From a bacterium (GTDB taxonomy: Bacteria > Patescibacteriota > Patescibacteriia > Patescibacteriales > UBA12075): a DNA stretch of 64,000 nt. The stretch lies in assembly GCA_043820875.1 (NCBI GenBank), contig JBDRDI010000021.1, positions 91-64,090 of the forward strand, given 5' to 3'. Below the pieces are notes generated by a model, which saw nothing but the letters and a program-made list of their open reading frames with translations, was not told where the DNA came from and searched no databases. A program made the position numbers and the translations under genes. Positions within the stretch are counted from its first letter, which is position 1. Every line of letters starts with the position of its first letter. Shown one piece after another: positions 26,142 to 37,041 of this stretch.

Positions 26142-27401
26142 TTATTTCAACCCCTCCTCAATCTCCATTAATCTATTATATTTTGCCAATCTCTCTCCGC
26201 GGGACAAAGAGCCTGATTTGATATAATCCGCGCGGACGGCGACTGCCAAGTCGGCGATAAAGTCGTCGCAGGTTTCGCCACTGCGATGTGAAACCATGAC
26301 CTTATAATTATGCTTTTGAGCAAGCTGAATACAGGAGATTGTTTCTGTCAAAGTACCGACTTGATTCGGCTTTATTAAAATAGCATTTGCGGCTCGTTCT
26401 TTCAACCCCTTTCTGAGGCGATCAATATTGGTCACAAACAAATCATCACCAATCAAAAGTATTTCTTTGCCAAGCTCTTTGGTAAGTTCGGCCCACCCTT
26501 CCCAATCATCTTCACCCAAACCATCTTCAACTGAAATAATAGGAAATTTTCTAAACCATTCATTATATAATCCAATCAAATCGGTATTCGCGAAACGCGC
26601 GTGATCAAGCTTAAAAATATATTTTTTTGATTCCGAATTATACAGTTCCGAGGAGCCAACATCAATTCCCAAACCGATTTCTTTTCCTGGTTTATATCCG
26701 GCATTAACAACCGCGGCAATAATCAACTCAATCGCTTGCACGCTGGAGTGAATGTCCGGAGCGTAGCCACCCTCGTTGCCAACGTCTGTGTCAAGACCGG
26801 CGCGCTTCAAAACTGTTCCCAGTTCGTGAAATATTTCCGCGCCCATCCTTGTCTTTTCCTCAAAACTTGTTTTTTTGAGTGGCATGATCATAAATTCCTG
26901 AAAGTCCAAATTTGTATCCGCATGCTTGCCACCGTTGAATATATTAAAAGACGGTGTCGGCATTAAATAATCCTCTCGGCCGAAATTAAAAGTTTTGGAA
27001 ATATATTCAAACAATTCCATCTTACTGTCCAGCGCCGCCGCGCGCGCGGTTGCAAGGGAAACAGAAAGTATGGCGTTCGCGCCAAGCTTTTTTTTGTTTG
27101 CCGTACCATCAAGTTTAATCATCATATCATCAATTTTTTCTTGCTGTTTTACATCTGCTCCTCCCAACTCTTTATCTATTTTTGTATTCACGTTTTTCAC
27201 GGCGTTCAAAACCCCTTGTCCGTTATATCTTTTTTTATCGCCATCACGCAATTCACAAGCTTCGTGCACACCGGTTGAAGCGCCACTCGGAACACTGGCC
27301 TTGGCACATGTGCCGTTTTCAAGAGTCACCATTGTTTCTATTGTCGGATTGCCACGCGAATCCAATATTTCTCTGGCTCTAATTTTTTTAATTTTAGACA
27401 T
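26142..27401 (-). CDS. eno: Enolase
   Basis: DSRGNPT, VPSGASTG, SHRSGET, ERLAKYN. Confidence 0.98.
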   Translation of the reverse strand: MSKIKKIRAREILDSRGNPTIETMVTLENGTCAKASVPSGASTGVHEACELRDGDKKRYNGQGVLNAVKNVNTKIDKELGGADVKQQEKIDDMMIKLDGTANKKKLGANAILSVSLATARAAALDSKMELFEYISKTFNFGREDYLMPTPSFNIFNGGKHADTNLDFQEFMIMPLKKTSFEEKTRMGAEIFHELGTVLKRAGLDTDVGNEGGYAPDIHSSVQAIELIIAAVVNAGYKPGKEIGLGIDVGSSELYNSESKKYIFKLDHARFANTDLIGLYNEWFRKFPIISVEDGLGEDDWEGWAELTKELGKEILLIGDDLFVTNIDRLRKGLKERAANAILIKPNQVGTLTETISCIQLAQKHNYKVMVSHRSGETCDDFIADLAVAVRADYIKSGSLSRGERLAKYNRLMEIEEGLK

Positions 27402-27413
27402 ATAAATATTTTA

Positions 27414-28583
27414 TTATTTTATTATTTTTTTCAATCCCGGCATATTTTCACCGCTTAAATATGAAAGCATGGCCCCTCCGCCGGTGGAAACCCAGTCAAT
27501 ATATTGTGTCATCTTCGTAAGCTTCAAAGCCTCAATCGTTTCTCCCCCGCCAGCGACTCCAAAAATTTTTCCGGATGACTGACTGGCGATTACTCGCGCC
27601 AAAGCCAATGTGCCGTGTTTATATTTTCCGATCTCAAACATACCCATGGGGCCGTTCCAAATTATTGATTTGGCATTTTTAATAAAACCGGCGTAAAGGC
27701 GAACTGTTTGCGGCCCAATATCAAAAATATAATCGCCCTTACTGACCTCATCCAAATTTTTAACTGTTGTTTCGTGCTTTGAACGGCTATTGCTCACAAC
27801 AACATCCACGGGCAACAATATTTTTTCTTTTTTTATTTTTTTAATAATTTTTATGCTTTTTGCGTCAATCAATGACTTGCCGGTTGCAAAACCGCGCGCA
27901 ACCAGAAAACTGTTGGCCAACGCGCCACCGATTAAAATTCGTGATGATTTTTTATAAAGTTTTTTTATTAATGGAACTCTGGTTTCCGCCTTTACTCCGC
28001 CAAGAATCACCACGAGCGGCTCTTTGGGGCTTAATATTTTATTCAAATTCTCAATTTCTTTTTCCAAAAGCAATCCGGCATACGAAGGTAAATATTTTTG
28101 GATTGCCACCACGGACGCGTGTTCGCGATGACTGGAGGCAAACGCATCCAGAACATAAACGTCAGCCAACTTTGCCAAATCACGCGCCAAGCGTGAATCA
28201 TTTTTCTTTTCCCCTTTCTCAAATCTGATATTTTCCAACATCACGGCTTCGCCCGGCTTCATTTTGCTTATTGCGGTTCCGGTTTTAAAATCACGGCACA
28301 ATCCCAAAACTTTTATCTTCTTATCTAATAACTTTCCAGCTCGCGCAGCCAAAGGCTTTACGGAAAATTCAGACGTAATTTTCCCCGCTTCCGGCCGACT
28401 TAAATGGGTCATTAAAATCACTCGGCACTTATTTTTCAACAAAAATTTAATTGTGGGCAATTGAACGACTATCTTATAATCATCAAGTATTTTCCCTTTC
28501 TTTATCGGCACATTAAAATCCACCCGCAAAAGGACTTTTTTGCCGGAAAGATTCTTATTTTGTTTTATGGATTTTATCTTCAT
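27414..28583 (-). CDS. pgk: Phosphoglycerate kinase
   Basis: RVDFNVP, LENIRF, WNGPMG, VSTGGGA. Confidence 0.96.
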   Translation of the reverse strand: MKIKSIKQNKNLSGKKVLLRVDFNVPIKKGKILDDYKIVVQLPTIKFLLKNKCRVILMTHLSRPEAGKITSEFSVKPLAARAGKLLDKKIKVLGLCRDFKTGTAISKMKPGEAVMLENIRFEKGEKKNDSRLARDLAKLADVYVLDAFASSHREHASVVAIQKYLPSYAGLLLEKEIENLNKILSPKEPLVVILGGVKAETRVPLIKKLYKKSSRILIGGALANSFLVARGFATGKSLIDAKSIKIIKKIKKEKILLPVDVVVSNSRSKHETTVKNLDEVSKGDYIFDIGPQTVRLYAGFIKNAKSIIWNGPMGMFEIGKYKHGTLALARVIASQSSGKIFGVAGGGETIEALKLTKMTQYIDWVSTGGGAMLSYLSGENMPGLKKIIK

Positions 28584-28623
28584 ATAATTATTTATTATAA
28601 CATAATCAACTCAAAACGAACAA

Positions 28624-30321
28624 TCAAATCCCCCTTGCTTCTCCTCTGTCTCCTGTCTCAACTTTCTTCCAAGGAATACGTCGGCGGAATGAACTCCAGA
28701 AAGAGAATAATTCTTCACTCTTAAATAATAAACAGAATAATATATAAACCAAAATACCAAAAATTCCGGCTGTAAATCCTTGTGTGAAAACTCCCCATGT
28801 TTTTTCCATGTCCGCGTAGTGGCCAACAATTAATTTCGTTATTTGGACTGTTATGCCGCAAGCCAGAGAAGCCAAGGTGAATTTTACGGCTGATTTCAAA
28901 ATGCGCGCTTCGTCCAAGTCGCCCACTTCAAATCTCAAGGCAATCCAAAGCATAATAAAATTCAAAATACTAGAGATAGAAAAAGCCAAGGCAAGTCCGG
29001 CCACGCCCAGCGGTTGACACTGCGAAACCAATGATTCTCCAACGCCAATAATTGTTTGGCAAGCAACTATTTTTGGTAAAAAAAGAATTAATACAATATT
29101 GGATGCAACTGAAAAAAGCCCGATAAAAAATGGCGTCTTGGAATTATGCCGAGCATAAAACATTCTTACCATAAGAGGCAAAGCGGCTTGCGCAAAAAGA
29201 GAAATCGTAAAAAAACTCAAAGCATTGATAGTCAAGATTGTGTCTTCCCAGTCAAAGTTTCCGGCGCCAAGAACGACTCTAATAATTTGCGCGCGCAAAG
29301 TGAGCAGTAAAACCGTGAACGGCGCGATAAAAAAAAGTATTTGCCGAAAGATATTGGAAAAATTTTCCACCAGCTTCTCCTTTCGAAATGCAACAGCAGC
29401 CATGGTAGGAAAGGCCGCCACGGCAAAAGATATGCCAAAAATGCCGACCGGAAAAGATTGCAAATTATTGGCCAAAGTAAAAATGGTCAAAGAGCCGCTT
29501 TGAAGCGTTGAAGCCACAATTGTAATCGCCACCAAATTAATCTGTGAAATCGCCAAGCTCATCGTGCGTGGCACCATCATTACGCATATTTCTCGGACAT
29601 TTTTATTTTTAAAATCAATTCGCGGAAAATATTTAAATCCCAAACTCATGGTTGCCGGCAATTGGACGAGCATGTGCAAAAACGCTCCCAAAACAACGCC
29701 CCATGCCAAGCCGTATATTCCCCAGCGCGGAACAAAATAAAGAGCGCCAATAATGATACCAATATTATAAAGAATGGGAGACAGCGAATAAACGAAAAAT
29801 CTTTTGAAAGACTGTAAGACTCCGCCCAGAATGCCGGATATGCCCAAAAAAATCGGCGATAAAAACATAATGCGAGTAATACTGATAGTGATATCTTGTT
29901 TTGAAGGTGAAAAACCGGGAGAAATAATCTTTACAATAATTGGCGAAAAAATAATGCCCAAAACGCTTAAAAAAAGAAGCGCCAGCATCATAATATTTAA
30001 TACGTTGCTGGCCAAAATCCACGCCTCTTTATTCGGTTCTTTAGAAAAAAAGGAGCTTTCGCCATCTTTTGCTTTTATCAAACCGGTGAAAATGGGAATA
30101 AATCCGGCTGACAAAGCGCCAAGAATTAATAAATTAAAAATCAAATCCGGCACGCGAAAACTAGCATAGTAAATATCCAAAATGTCGCCGGCGCCAAATT
30201 CGCCGGCCAAAATTCTGTCTCGAAAAATTCCAAGTATTCGCGAGAGCAAAGAAGACAGCGCCACTAAAAGCGCTGCTACAGTGATACTGTTAATTTGTCC
30301 GGAAAAAAGTTTTCTGATCAT
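28624..30321 (-). CDS. murJ: Lipid II flippase MurJ
   Basis: SRILGIFRD, F.VPD, GALSAGFIP; many TMs. Confidence 0.93.
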   Translation of the reverse strand: MIRKLFSGQINSITVAALLVALSSLLSRILGIFRDRILAGEFGAGDILDIYYASFRVPDLIFNLLILGALSAGFIPIFTGLIKAKDGESSFFSKEPNKEAWILASNVLNIMMLALLFLSVLGIIFSPIIVKIISPGFSPSKQDITISITRIMFLSPIFLGISGILGGVLQSFKRFFVYSLSPILYNIGIIIGALYFVPRWGIYGLAWGVVLGAFLHMLVQLPATMSLGFKYFPRIDFKNKNVREICVMMVPRTMSLAISQINLVAITIVASTLQSGSLTIFTLANNLQSFPVGIFGISFAVAAFPTMAAVAFRKEKLVENFSNIFRQILFFIAPFTVLLLTLRAQIIRVVLGAGNFDWEDTILTINALSFFTISLFAQAALPLMVRMFYARHNSKTPFFIGLFSVASNIVLILFLPKIVACQTIIGVGESLVSQCQPLGVAGLALAFSISSILNFIMLWIALRFEVGDLDEARILKSAVKFTLASLACGITVQITKLIVGHYADMEKTWGVFTQGFTAGIFGILVYILFCLLFKSEELFSFWSSFRRRIPWKKVETGDRGEARGI

Positions 30322-30327
30322 TTTTAA

Positions 30328-31314
30328 TTATTTAAAAATTTGTTTTTTTGTCAGAAGTCCCGTTTGAGCGCCCATATGAGCAACCACCGAAGCGGTATTT
30401 CTTACGCCCAATTCCATGGCCTTTTGAATATCGCCCTTGAACAACTCCAACCCGGCTGTAAAAGTTGAGCCAAATGCGTCCCCTACGCCTGTTGTATTAA
30501 TGCGCCGTTTTTCTTTCAATATTTTTTGATGGTAAAACTTCTGGCCATCATAAGCGTCCGCTCCGTATTTACCGTTTGTTATCACAACGATTTTCGGGCC
30601 CCACGACTTTATAATCTCAAGTAAATTTTTTGAATTATTTAAAAACTTATCGCCTTTATTTTTGTAATCAGGGTGCGACAAAACCAATTCCGTTGCCTCG
30701 TCTTTATTAACCGTGAGCATTTCCGTTTTCTTCAAATATTTTTGAAGAGCGGGGTAGCCAAGGTGCAGTTGAATATGACCGGGATTCCATGACACCCTGG
30801 GTCCTTTAACGGCAAAAACTTTGCGCAAAATTTCTTCCCAATTTCCGGATAAAGAAGTCATATAAATCCATTTTGCTTTTTTAAGTTCCGTTGATTCTTT
30901 CTTTCCAATACAAAGAAACGAATTTGCGGCTCGATTTGAAAAAACAACATGTTCATTCCCCTGCCCAACAATCAAACAAGAAAATCCTGTTTCTTTTTCT
31001 TTTATTTTTTCTATTAAATTAACGGCTACTTTGTTTTTCTTGAAATTTTTAATAATTGACTCTCCTCGGCCGTCTTCCCCAATCGCAACCAAAGCCGCGG
31101 GAGAATACCCGAGACGAGCCAAGGAAACCGCGGCATTGGCCGCTCCTCCGCCAAAAGTGGAAAAAGATTTATCAACTTTCAACTTGGCGCCGTATTCAAA
31201 AGCAAATAATTTTTGTCTCAATATGTCTTTTTTATTATCAATTAATATCCCTTCGCTAGTATAGAGAGAGATGTCTTCAGTTGCCCCTCCAACAGTAATA
31301 AAATCATATTTCAT
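30328..31314 (-). CDS. PfkB family carbohydrate kinase
   Basis: GGGAANAAVSLARLG, N..E, TTGVGDAFG. Confidence 0.9.
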   Translation of the reverse strand: MKYDFITVGGATEDISLYTSEGILIDNKKDILRQKLFAFEYGAKLKVDKSFSTFGGGAANAAVSLARLGYSPAALVAIGEDGRGESIIKNFKKNKVAVNLIEKIKEKETGFSCLIVGQGNEHVVFSNRAANSFLCIGKKESTELKKAKWIYMTSLSGNWEEILRKVFAVKGPRVSWNPGHIQLHLGYPALQKYLKKTEMLTVNKDEATELVLSHPDYKNKGDKFLNNSKNLLEIIKSWGPKIVVITNGKYGADAYDGQKFYHQKILKEKRRINTTGVGDAFGSTFTAGLELFKGDIQKAMELGVRNTASVVAHMGAQTGLLTKKQIFK

Positions 31315-31433
31315 AATTTTTTGTTTATACTTTATTTATATCAACTACTTATATCAACATTATAACATATCAAAACAAAAATTTATAGATTAAAAAAACA
31401 AACCTCCTCTTGAAAGTTTGATTTTTTTATCTT

Positions 31434-31697
31434 TTATTTATCCGAGTTTTCCTTTATTTTTTCAATCAAATCTTCCTTGTTTTGCACGCCCATAAGACGC
31501 AAAATTTCATTGCTGTTTTTGTCTAGAAAAATAAAGACAGGGACATCTTTCACGTTGTATTTTTCTAAAATTTCCGGATTGTCGTCGGCGTCATAATACT
31601 CGGTTTTCAGTTTCATTTCATTTTCAATTTCTTCCCATTTGGATTTCATAACCAAGCAATCTTTACACCAAATTGCGCCGAATTTTAAAATCTTCAT
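31434..31697 (-). CDS. Thioredoxin family protein
   Basis: WCKDC motif and cis-Pro region VP. Confidence 0.85.
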   Translation of the reverse strand: MKILKFGAIWCKDCLVMKSKWEEIENEMKLKTEYYDADDNPEILEKYNVKDVPVFIFLDKNSNEILRLMGVQNKEDLIEKIKENSDK

Positions 31698-31712
31698 AAT
31701 TATAATACCAAT

Positions 31713-33260
31713 CTATAAATCATCTTCAAATTTTTTTCTCCTTCTCGCAAAATATCTTCCCAGTCCGAAAATAATTACAAGCGTGCTGGCGCCAAAAATA
31801 TTTCCGTATCTGATAAAATTTCTTTTCGCGTCTGAAAGTTCTTCGCCTTTATTAATCGGCCTTACTGTCGCGTTTTTGGCCCGAATACCGGTTAATTCAT
31901 TGCCCATACTGAGATTATCAACCAAATTTTGAAACAAAATTAAATTTTGAGGATTATCCATTAAAAATCCATCAACCACAAAATCACTGTCGCCAACAAT
32001 AACGACCCGACCGGAAATCACGTCATCTTCCTTCCCTTCTTCCGGATAGACGCTTTTAAGTCCATTATTTACGGCCACAGCCAGATTATACCGCCCTTCA
32101 GCCAAAGAAATTCCAATGCTAGGGTCAACATTAAACTGATCTGTTTCGTGCCAAGCTTTTTCAGTTGTAAAAATCAAATAAGAAATATTTTCTTTGCCGA
32201 TTTTCTCCTCATCAGCTGACACACTGCTCACCCACGGTAAAATAACATTTTCCAAGTTTGATACCGCACCGAAATTTTCATTAAAACCGTCTTTCATTAT
32301 CTTCGGCCAAAGAGGATAATTGGAAACTACGGAAAACGGCAAATTGCCCTGCCGATAAGAAATCAGTCCCATGCGTGTGTCACCCACGAGATCGCCATTA
32401 ATTTTAATGCCATATTTATTCAACAAGTCGTTAAAATTTGAATTATTTAAACTGGCTTCAAGAGATTGCGAAACCAACACGCCGTCGGATAAAACCAAAA
32501 GCGAACCGCCACCGGTTAAAAAAGAATCAATATTTTTAAATTGATCTTCGGTGAATTCTTCCGTTGGTCCGGCAATGATTAAGGTATCAACTTGCGGAGA
32601 AAGCCCTTCGTCTGTAAAAACCACCTCTCCGACATCATAAAGCTCGCTCAACATTTCTCCGGCATATCTTAATTTTTCATTCAATATGGCAGTTCCCGCT
32701 CCGGATAAAAAACCAACTTTTATAATTTTATCATTGGTAACCTTTTTAATGGCCGCGGTAATTCTATATTCCAAGTCTCCAGTGTCTTGTCCAACGGCCG
32801 GAATTGCTTCTTCGTTCTCTTTATAATTCATGACCAGAGCCATATAACCTTGTCCGGCCTGCGCCTTGTCTTTCTCAAATATTTGAAAAGGTATGGGATA
32901 AATACCCATCATGGCCAAATCGTTGAAAGTTTGGTTAGAATCGTCAGGGCTTGTAAACTCAAATTTTATTTTTCCTTTTCCGTAATTTTCATATTCATTT
33001 AAAATATCTTCGGTCTCTTGTCGGATATAAGCGAATTGCGAAGGCAAGTCGACGCTGAAATATGCCTTGATCTCCACGGTATCCTCCAATTCACCAACAA
33101 TCTTTTTGCTGGCGTCAGATATTGAATATATTTTATTTTCCGTAAGATCCAGCCGCGCAAAATATCTATAAGACAAATAATTGATTCCAATCAAAACCAC
33201 GACCAGTACTATGGCGGAAATTGATAATTTGGTTGTTTTTATTATTTTATTTAATAGCAT
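31713..33260 (-). CDS. GldG-like ABC transporter auxiliary component
   Basis: RLDLTENKIYSIS, LEY.IT.AI, VIVGDSDF; terminal TMs. Confidence 0.85.
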   Translation of the reverse strand: MLLNKIIKTTKLSISAIVLVVVLIGINYLSYRYFARLDLTENKIYSISDASKKIVGELEDTVEIKAYFSVDLPSQFAYIRQETEDILNEYENYGKGKIKFEFTSPDDSNQTFNDLAMMGIYPIPFQIFEKDKAQAGQGYMALVMNYKENEEAIPAVGQDTGDLEYRITAAIKKVTNDKIIKVGFLSGAGTAILNEKLRYAGEMLSELYDVGEVVFTDEGLSPQVDTLIIAGPTEEFTEDQFKNIDSFLTGGGSLLVLSDGVLVSQSLEASLNNSNFNDLLNKYGIKINGDLVGDTRMGLISYRQGNLPFSVVSNYPLWPKIMKDGFNENFGAVSNLENVILPWVSSVSADEEKIGKENISYLIFTTEKAWHETDQFNVDPSIGISLAEGRYNLAVAVNNGLKSVYPEEGKEDDVISGRVVIVGDSDFVVDGFLMDNPQNLILFQNLVDNLSMGNELTGIRAKNATVRPINKGEELSDAKRNFIRYGNIFGASTLVIIFGLGRYFARRRKKFEDDL

Positions 33261-33275
33261 ATATTGTGTTGTTTT

Positions 33276-34004
33276 TTATTTTCCTCCTCTGTTCCTAATC
33301 ACTCGTACGTTCAGCCATAAAAATATAAAAATAAATGAACAGTAGTAAATTATATCTTTGGAATCAATCACGCCCCTGGCGATGCTGTAAAAATGACTGC
33401 CGGCTCCCAAAAATTTCATGATTGGCGCCAAAAATTTCGGCGCACCCATTAATGTAAATTCCATACCGACCATAAATAACGTGAAAGACACAAGAAGCGC
33501 CAAAATAAAAGCAATAATTTGATTTTTAGTCAATGAAGAAATAAATAATCCCAAAGCCAAATATGCTCCGCCCAAAAACAAAGAACCGATATATCCGCCA
33601 ATAATCGGACCAATGTCAGGTTCACCAAGTGTAAATAGGGTGAGTGGGATAGTCATGGTCAAAACAAGCATGGACGCAAGAAACACCAAACTGCCCAAAA
33701 ATTTTGCCCACACCACCTGCCAATCTGTTACCGGCAAGGTCAATAAAAATTCAATAGTACCGCCTCTCTTCTCCTCGGCCCAAAGACGCATGGTGATAGC
33801 GGGAGCTAAAACAACAAATATCCACGGTAAAAGCTCAAAATAACTCCTCATTGATAATTGTCCTGAGAGGAAAAAAGTCTTGAAGAAAATCCAATTACCA
33901 ACAATCAAAAAAACACCGCTAAAAATATAAGCGATCGGAGAATTAAAATAGCTCATCAACTCTTTCTTAAATAAAATATATATTGTTTTGATATATTGTT
34001 TCAT
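33276..34004 (-). CDS. GldF-like ABC transporter permease
   Basis: KKEL.SYFNSPIAY, TMRLWAEE...GTIEFLLTLP. Confidence 0.9.
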   Translation of the reverse strand: MKQYIKTIYILFKKELMSYFNSPIAYIFSGVFLIVGNWIFFKTFFLSGQLSMRSYFELLPWIFVVLAPAITMRLWAEEKRGGTIEFLLTLPVTDWQVVWAKFLGSLVFLASMLVLTMTIPLTLFTLGEPDIGPIIGGYIGSLFLGGAYLALGLFISSLTKNQIIAFILALLVSFTLFMVGMEFTLMGAPKFLAPIMKFLGAGSHFYSIARGVIDSKDIIYYCSFIFIFLWLNVRVIRNRGGK

Positions 34005-34006
34005 AA

Positions 34007-34936
34007 TTATTTTGTCAAATCTCTAAATACATCCTCCAACGACACCTGCTTGCCGCGAAATTCCAAGATGCTCCAACCAGCGCGCGTGATTGCCGATGAC
34101 AAACTTTCCCGTGCGTCAACGTTCGGCTTAGGCGTCACTTCATATTCATAAATATCGCCCGCTTCGCTTGTTTTCACTTCCGCTTTTTCAATCTCTTGAA
34201 CGCCGTGCAAAACTTTCAAAATTTCTTCGCGCTGTCCTTTTATTTTTATATATAACATTGTCTTCGCTCCTCTTTGCTTAATCAACTCATCAGGTGTGCC
34301 TTGCGCCACAATTCTGCCATTGTTAATAATAATGGCACGATCGCAAGTGGCGCTCACTTCGCTTAAAATATGAGTGGAAAAAATAACTGTTTTCTCTTTT
34401 CCAAGTTTTTTAATCAAATCTCGAATCTCCACAATCTGATTCGGATCAAGGCCAGTGGTTGGTTCGTCTAAAATCAAAATATCCGGCTCGTGGATAATCG
34501 CTTGCGCCAAACCGACTCTTTGACGATACCCTTTGGACAATTCGTCAATCGGTTTTTTAATTACTTTTTGCAAGGCGCAAGCCTCAACGGTTTCTTTAAT
34601 TCTTTTTTTTATATTTTCCTTTTTGATTCCCCGTACTTCAGCCACAAATTTCAAATATTCATAAACTCGCATATCGTCATACAAAGGAACATTTTCCGGC
34701 AGATAACCGATTCTGGCTCTTGTTTGCAAAGATTTTTTAGCAACGTCCAAACCACCGACTTCCACCTTGCCGGTAGTCGGCGTCCAAAAAGACGTGATAA
34801 TTTTCATGGTTGTTGTTTTGCCGGCGCCATTCGGACCCAAAAATCCCAATATCTCTCCCTTCTTCACGGAAAAATTCAAATTATCCAGCACAACATTGTG
34901 GCCAAATTTTTTTGATAAATTTTTTATTTCAATCAT
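34007..34936 (-). CDS. GldA-like ABC transporter ATP-binding protein
   Basis: GPNGAGKTT, LSKGYRQRVGLAQA, ILDEPT; start taken at MIEIKNL. Confidence 0.93.
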   Translation of the reverse strand: MIEIKNLSKKFGHNVVLDNLNFSVKKGEILGFLGPNGAGKTTTMKIITSFWTPTTGKVEVGGLDVAKKSLQTRARIGYLPENVPLYDDMRVYEYLKFVAEVRGIKKENIKKRIKETVEACALQKVIKKPIDELSKGYRQRVGLAQAIIHEPDILILDEPTTGLDPNQIVEIRDLIKKLGKEKTVIFSTHILSEVSATCDRAIIINNGRIVAQGTPDELIKQRGAKTMLYIKIKGQREEILKVLHGVQEIEKAEVKTSEAGDIYEYEVTPKPNVDARESLSSAITRAGWSILEFRGKQVSLEDVFRDLTK

Positions 34937-35049
34937 AATAATATTATAATACATATAAAAAATCCCGCAAGTAGGGACGAAAACATTGACAAAATCAGCA
35001 AACTATAATATGATATCAACAATATCAATCTTCACGGAGGGGGAAGAGC

Positions 35050-35196
35050 ATGGGCATTATAAAATTTGTCTATGACAATATTGGTCTTTCACACTCAAAA
35101 AAAGAAATGAAAACTATAGACCTTGTCTGCATCACCGTTTTAGCGGGAATTGTTGCTTACATTTTCGTCATGGTAATTTTCAATTATCCAAGATAG
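35050..35196 (+). CDS. Small single-TM protein (48 aa)
   Basis: Below the ORF-track cutoff. TTGACA(34986)-17 bp-TATGAT promoter, SD GGAGG; MGIIKFVYDNIGLSHSKKEMKTIDLVCITVLAGIVAYIFVMVIFNYPR. Confidence 0.6.
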   Translation: MGIIKFVYDNIGLSHSKKEMKTIDLVCITVLAGIVAYIFVMVIFNYPR

Positions 35197-35213
35197 CTCA
35201 AGGAGACAAAGGA

Positions 35214-35411
35214 ATGTTTTCACCAGGATCCAGTTCATTGAAAATACTTTTTCGTTTTTTTATGTTTATGGGAGGCATAATTGCACTTCTTCCTATCGGC
35301 ATCTTTTTTCGATTACATTTGGATATAATGGGGAGATGCTTTTTTAGCACCTTGTGCGTTTTTGCATCGTGTAACTTTTTCAGCATCTTTTTGAACAGTT
35401 TCAAAAAATAA
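35214..35411 (+). CDS. Small hydrophobic protein (65 aa)
   Basis: SD AAGGAG; two hydrophobic stretches; followed by terminator. Confidence 0.5.
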   Translation: MFSPGSSSLKILFRFFMFMGGIIALLPIGIFFRLHLDIMGRCFFSTLCVFASCNFFSIFLNSFKK

Positions 35412-35426
35412 ATGCCCATTCTCAAT

Positions 35427-35460
35427 AAAACCCTTCGCGTCAAAAGACGAAAGGGTTTTT
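35427..35460. terminator. Bidirectional intrinsic terminator
   Basis: aaaacccttcgcgtc-aaaa-gacgaagggttttt. Confidence 0.65.
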
Positions 35461-35476
35461 AAATTTTATAAAACTA

Positions 35477-36601
35477 CTATTTCATCTCCTGCAAAACAAC
35501 TATTCTGATAAATATCTTGCTTCCCCTCTGTACTTTTAAGCCAATTCTCGCGCCGGCCCGGTATTTTTGAATTACAGAAGATAGGGTGGTGTCTTCATTT
35601 AATTTAATTCCGTTGATTTCAAAAATAATATCACCCGGCAAAAATCCAGCCGCTTCCGCCGGCGAACCGGCAACAATGGAGAGTAAATCCTCTGTCTGCG
35701 GAACAATCCATGCTCCATCCTGTCTGGACAAATTATTTTCCGCTGCCAAATCAGGAGTAAGCATAATGTACCTCACTCCAAGCATGGGACGAATAATTCT
35801 ACCGTATTCAATTACGGTCCGAATAGCTGATTTAATATCATTGACCGGAATTGCAAAACCGACCGAGGTTCCGGCAGAGTCAATGGCCACATTGATTCCG
35901 ACAACTTGACCGTTCAAATTCACAAGCGGACCGCCTGAATTCCCGTAATTTATTTCCGCGTCTGTTTGAATGACATCTTCCAAATTTTCACTTTTTCCTG
36001 CGCCTCCGTAAATGTTCAAATCGCGTTTCAGTCCACTCACTATTCCCTTGGTGGCGCTATTTTGATATTTGCCCAAGACATTGCCGATTGCCACAACCGT
36101 TGAACCGATTTCCAATTTATCGCTGTCTCCCAATTCAACAAAAGGTAAATCTTTTTCAAAAATTTTTAAAACCGCCAAATCGCTCATAAAATCTTTGCTT
36201 ACAAACTGCGCCAAATATTCTTTGTTATTGTTCAACACCACTTTATACTCTGCCTTTTTATTGCTTGCCGTTTCAATCACGTGCTTGTTGGTCATAATAT
36301 ATCCGTCTGAAGAAAATATAAATCCGGTGCCGTTGCCGATAACGCTATTTTCTTTCTTGATTTCGCTCTCTCCCGTGTTTAAATCCACACTGACCACATC
36401 CCTGGTTTCGGAAACAACGATGTTAACGACAGCCGGGCTTACTTTTTTTATGGCGCGAATCGTGGCTTCTTGCTCGTTAAATTCTAAATTGTCGGCAACA
36501 ACTTGCTTTTCATTTTGAGAAAAAAAATAAATAAAAAATCCAAAACTAATACTGACCGATAAAATCAAAATTAAGCTTGAGACAAACTTTCTATTAAACA
36601 T
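35477..36601 (-). CDS. HtrA/DegP-like serine protease with PDZ domain
   Basis: TNKHV, DLAVLKI, QTDAEINYGNSGGPL, GSPAEAAG. Confidence 0.93.
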   Translation of the reverse strand: MFNRKFVSSLILILSVSISFGFFIYFFSQNEKQVVADNLEFNEQEATIRAIKKVSPAVVNIVVSETRDVVSVDLNTGESEIKKENSVIGNGTGFIFSSDGYIMTNKHVIETASNKKAEYKVVLNNNKEYLAQFVSKDFMSDLAVLKIFEKDLPFVELGDSDKLEIGSTVVAIGNVLGKYQNSATKGIVSGLKRDLNIYGGAGKSENLEDVIQTDAEINYGNSGGPLVNLNGQVVGINVAIDSAGTSVGFAIPVNDIKSAIRTVIEYGRIIRPMLGVRYIMLTPDLAAENNLSRQDGAWIVPQTEDLLSIVAGSPAEAAGFLPGDIIFEINGIKLNEDTTLSSVIQKYRAGARIGLKVQRGSKIFIRIVVLQEMK

Positions 36602-36623
36602 AAAAAAATAATTTTAAACTTTT

Positions 36624-37031
36624 TTATTCGTCTACTTGTCGAACTTCATGATAAGTACCCCTGCCTTTGGCATCCCGCATCATCCCTTCTTTTTCTCGTT
36701 TTGAAAAAATACTCTTGCTTGCGTTCTTTTCTTTTTCCGGCAACACTGGCAAGTCGCCTCTCTCTCTTCTTTCTCTGTCTATTTCATATAATATCTCGCA
36801 CACTTCTCTGTGCAAAATCGTAATTTCCTCAAGTTCTTTTTTGGGATGAATATCAAGCACGATTTTTGTGAATTTCGGTGTTCCGATTCCAAAATCTTTT
36901 TTAATTTTTTCATCTTGAGCCAAATCTTCTATTCTTTTTTTTAAAGCTTCTCGACCACCCTTAAAAAACTTTTCCCACGCAGACGGTGGAGTCTCTTGAT
37001 TCTCTGAAAAATTTATTTGTTCTGACACCAT
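36624..37031 (-). CDS. Hypothetical protein
   Basis: 135-aa ORF filling the gap within a minus-strand operon. Confidence 0.65.
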   Translation of the reverse strand: MVSEQINFSENQETPPSAWEKFFKGGREALKKRIEDLAQDEKIKKDFGIGTPKFTKIVLDIHPKKELEEITILHREVCEILYEIDRERRERGDLPVLPEKEKNASKSIFSKREKEGMMRDAKGRGTYHEVRQVDE

Positions 37032-37041
37032 ATTGTTATGA

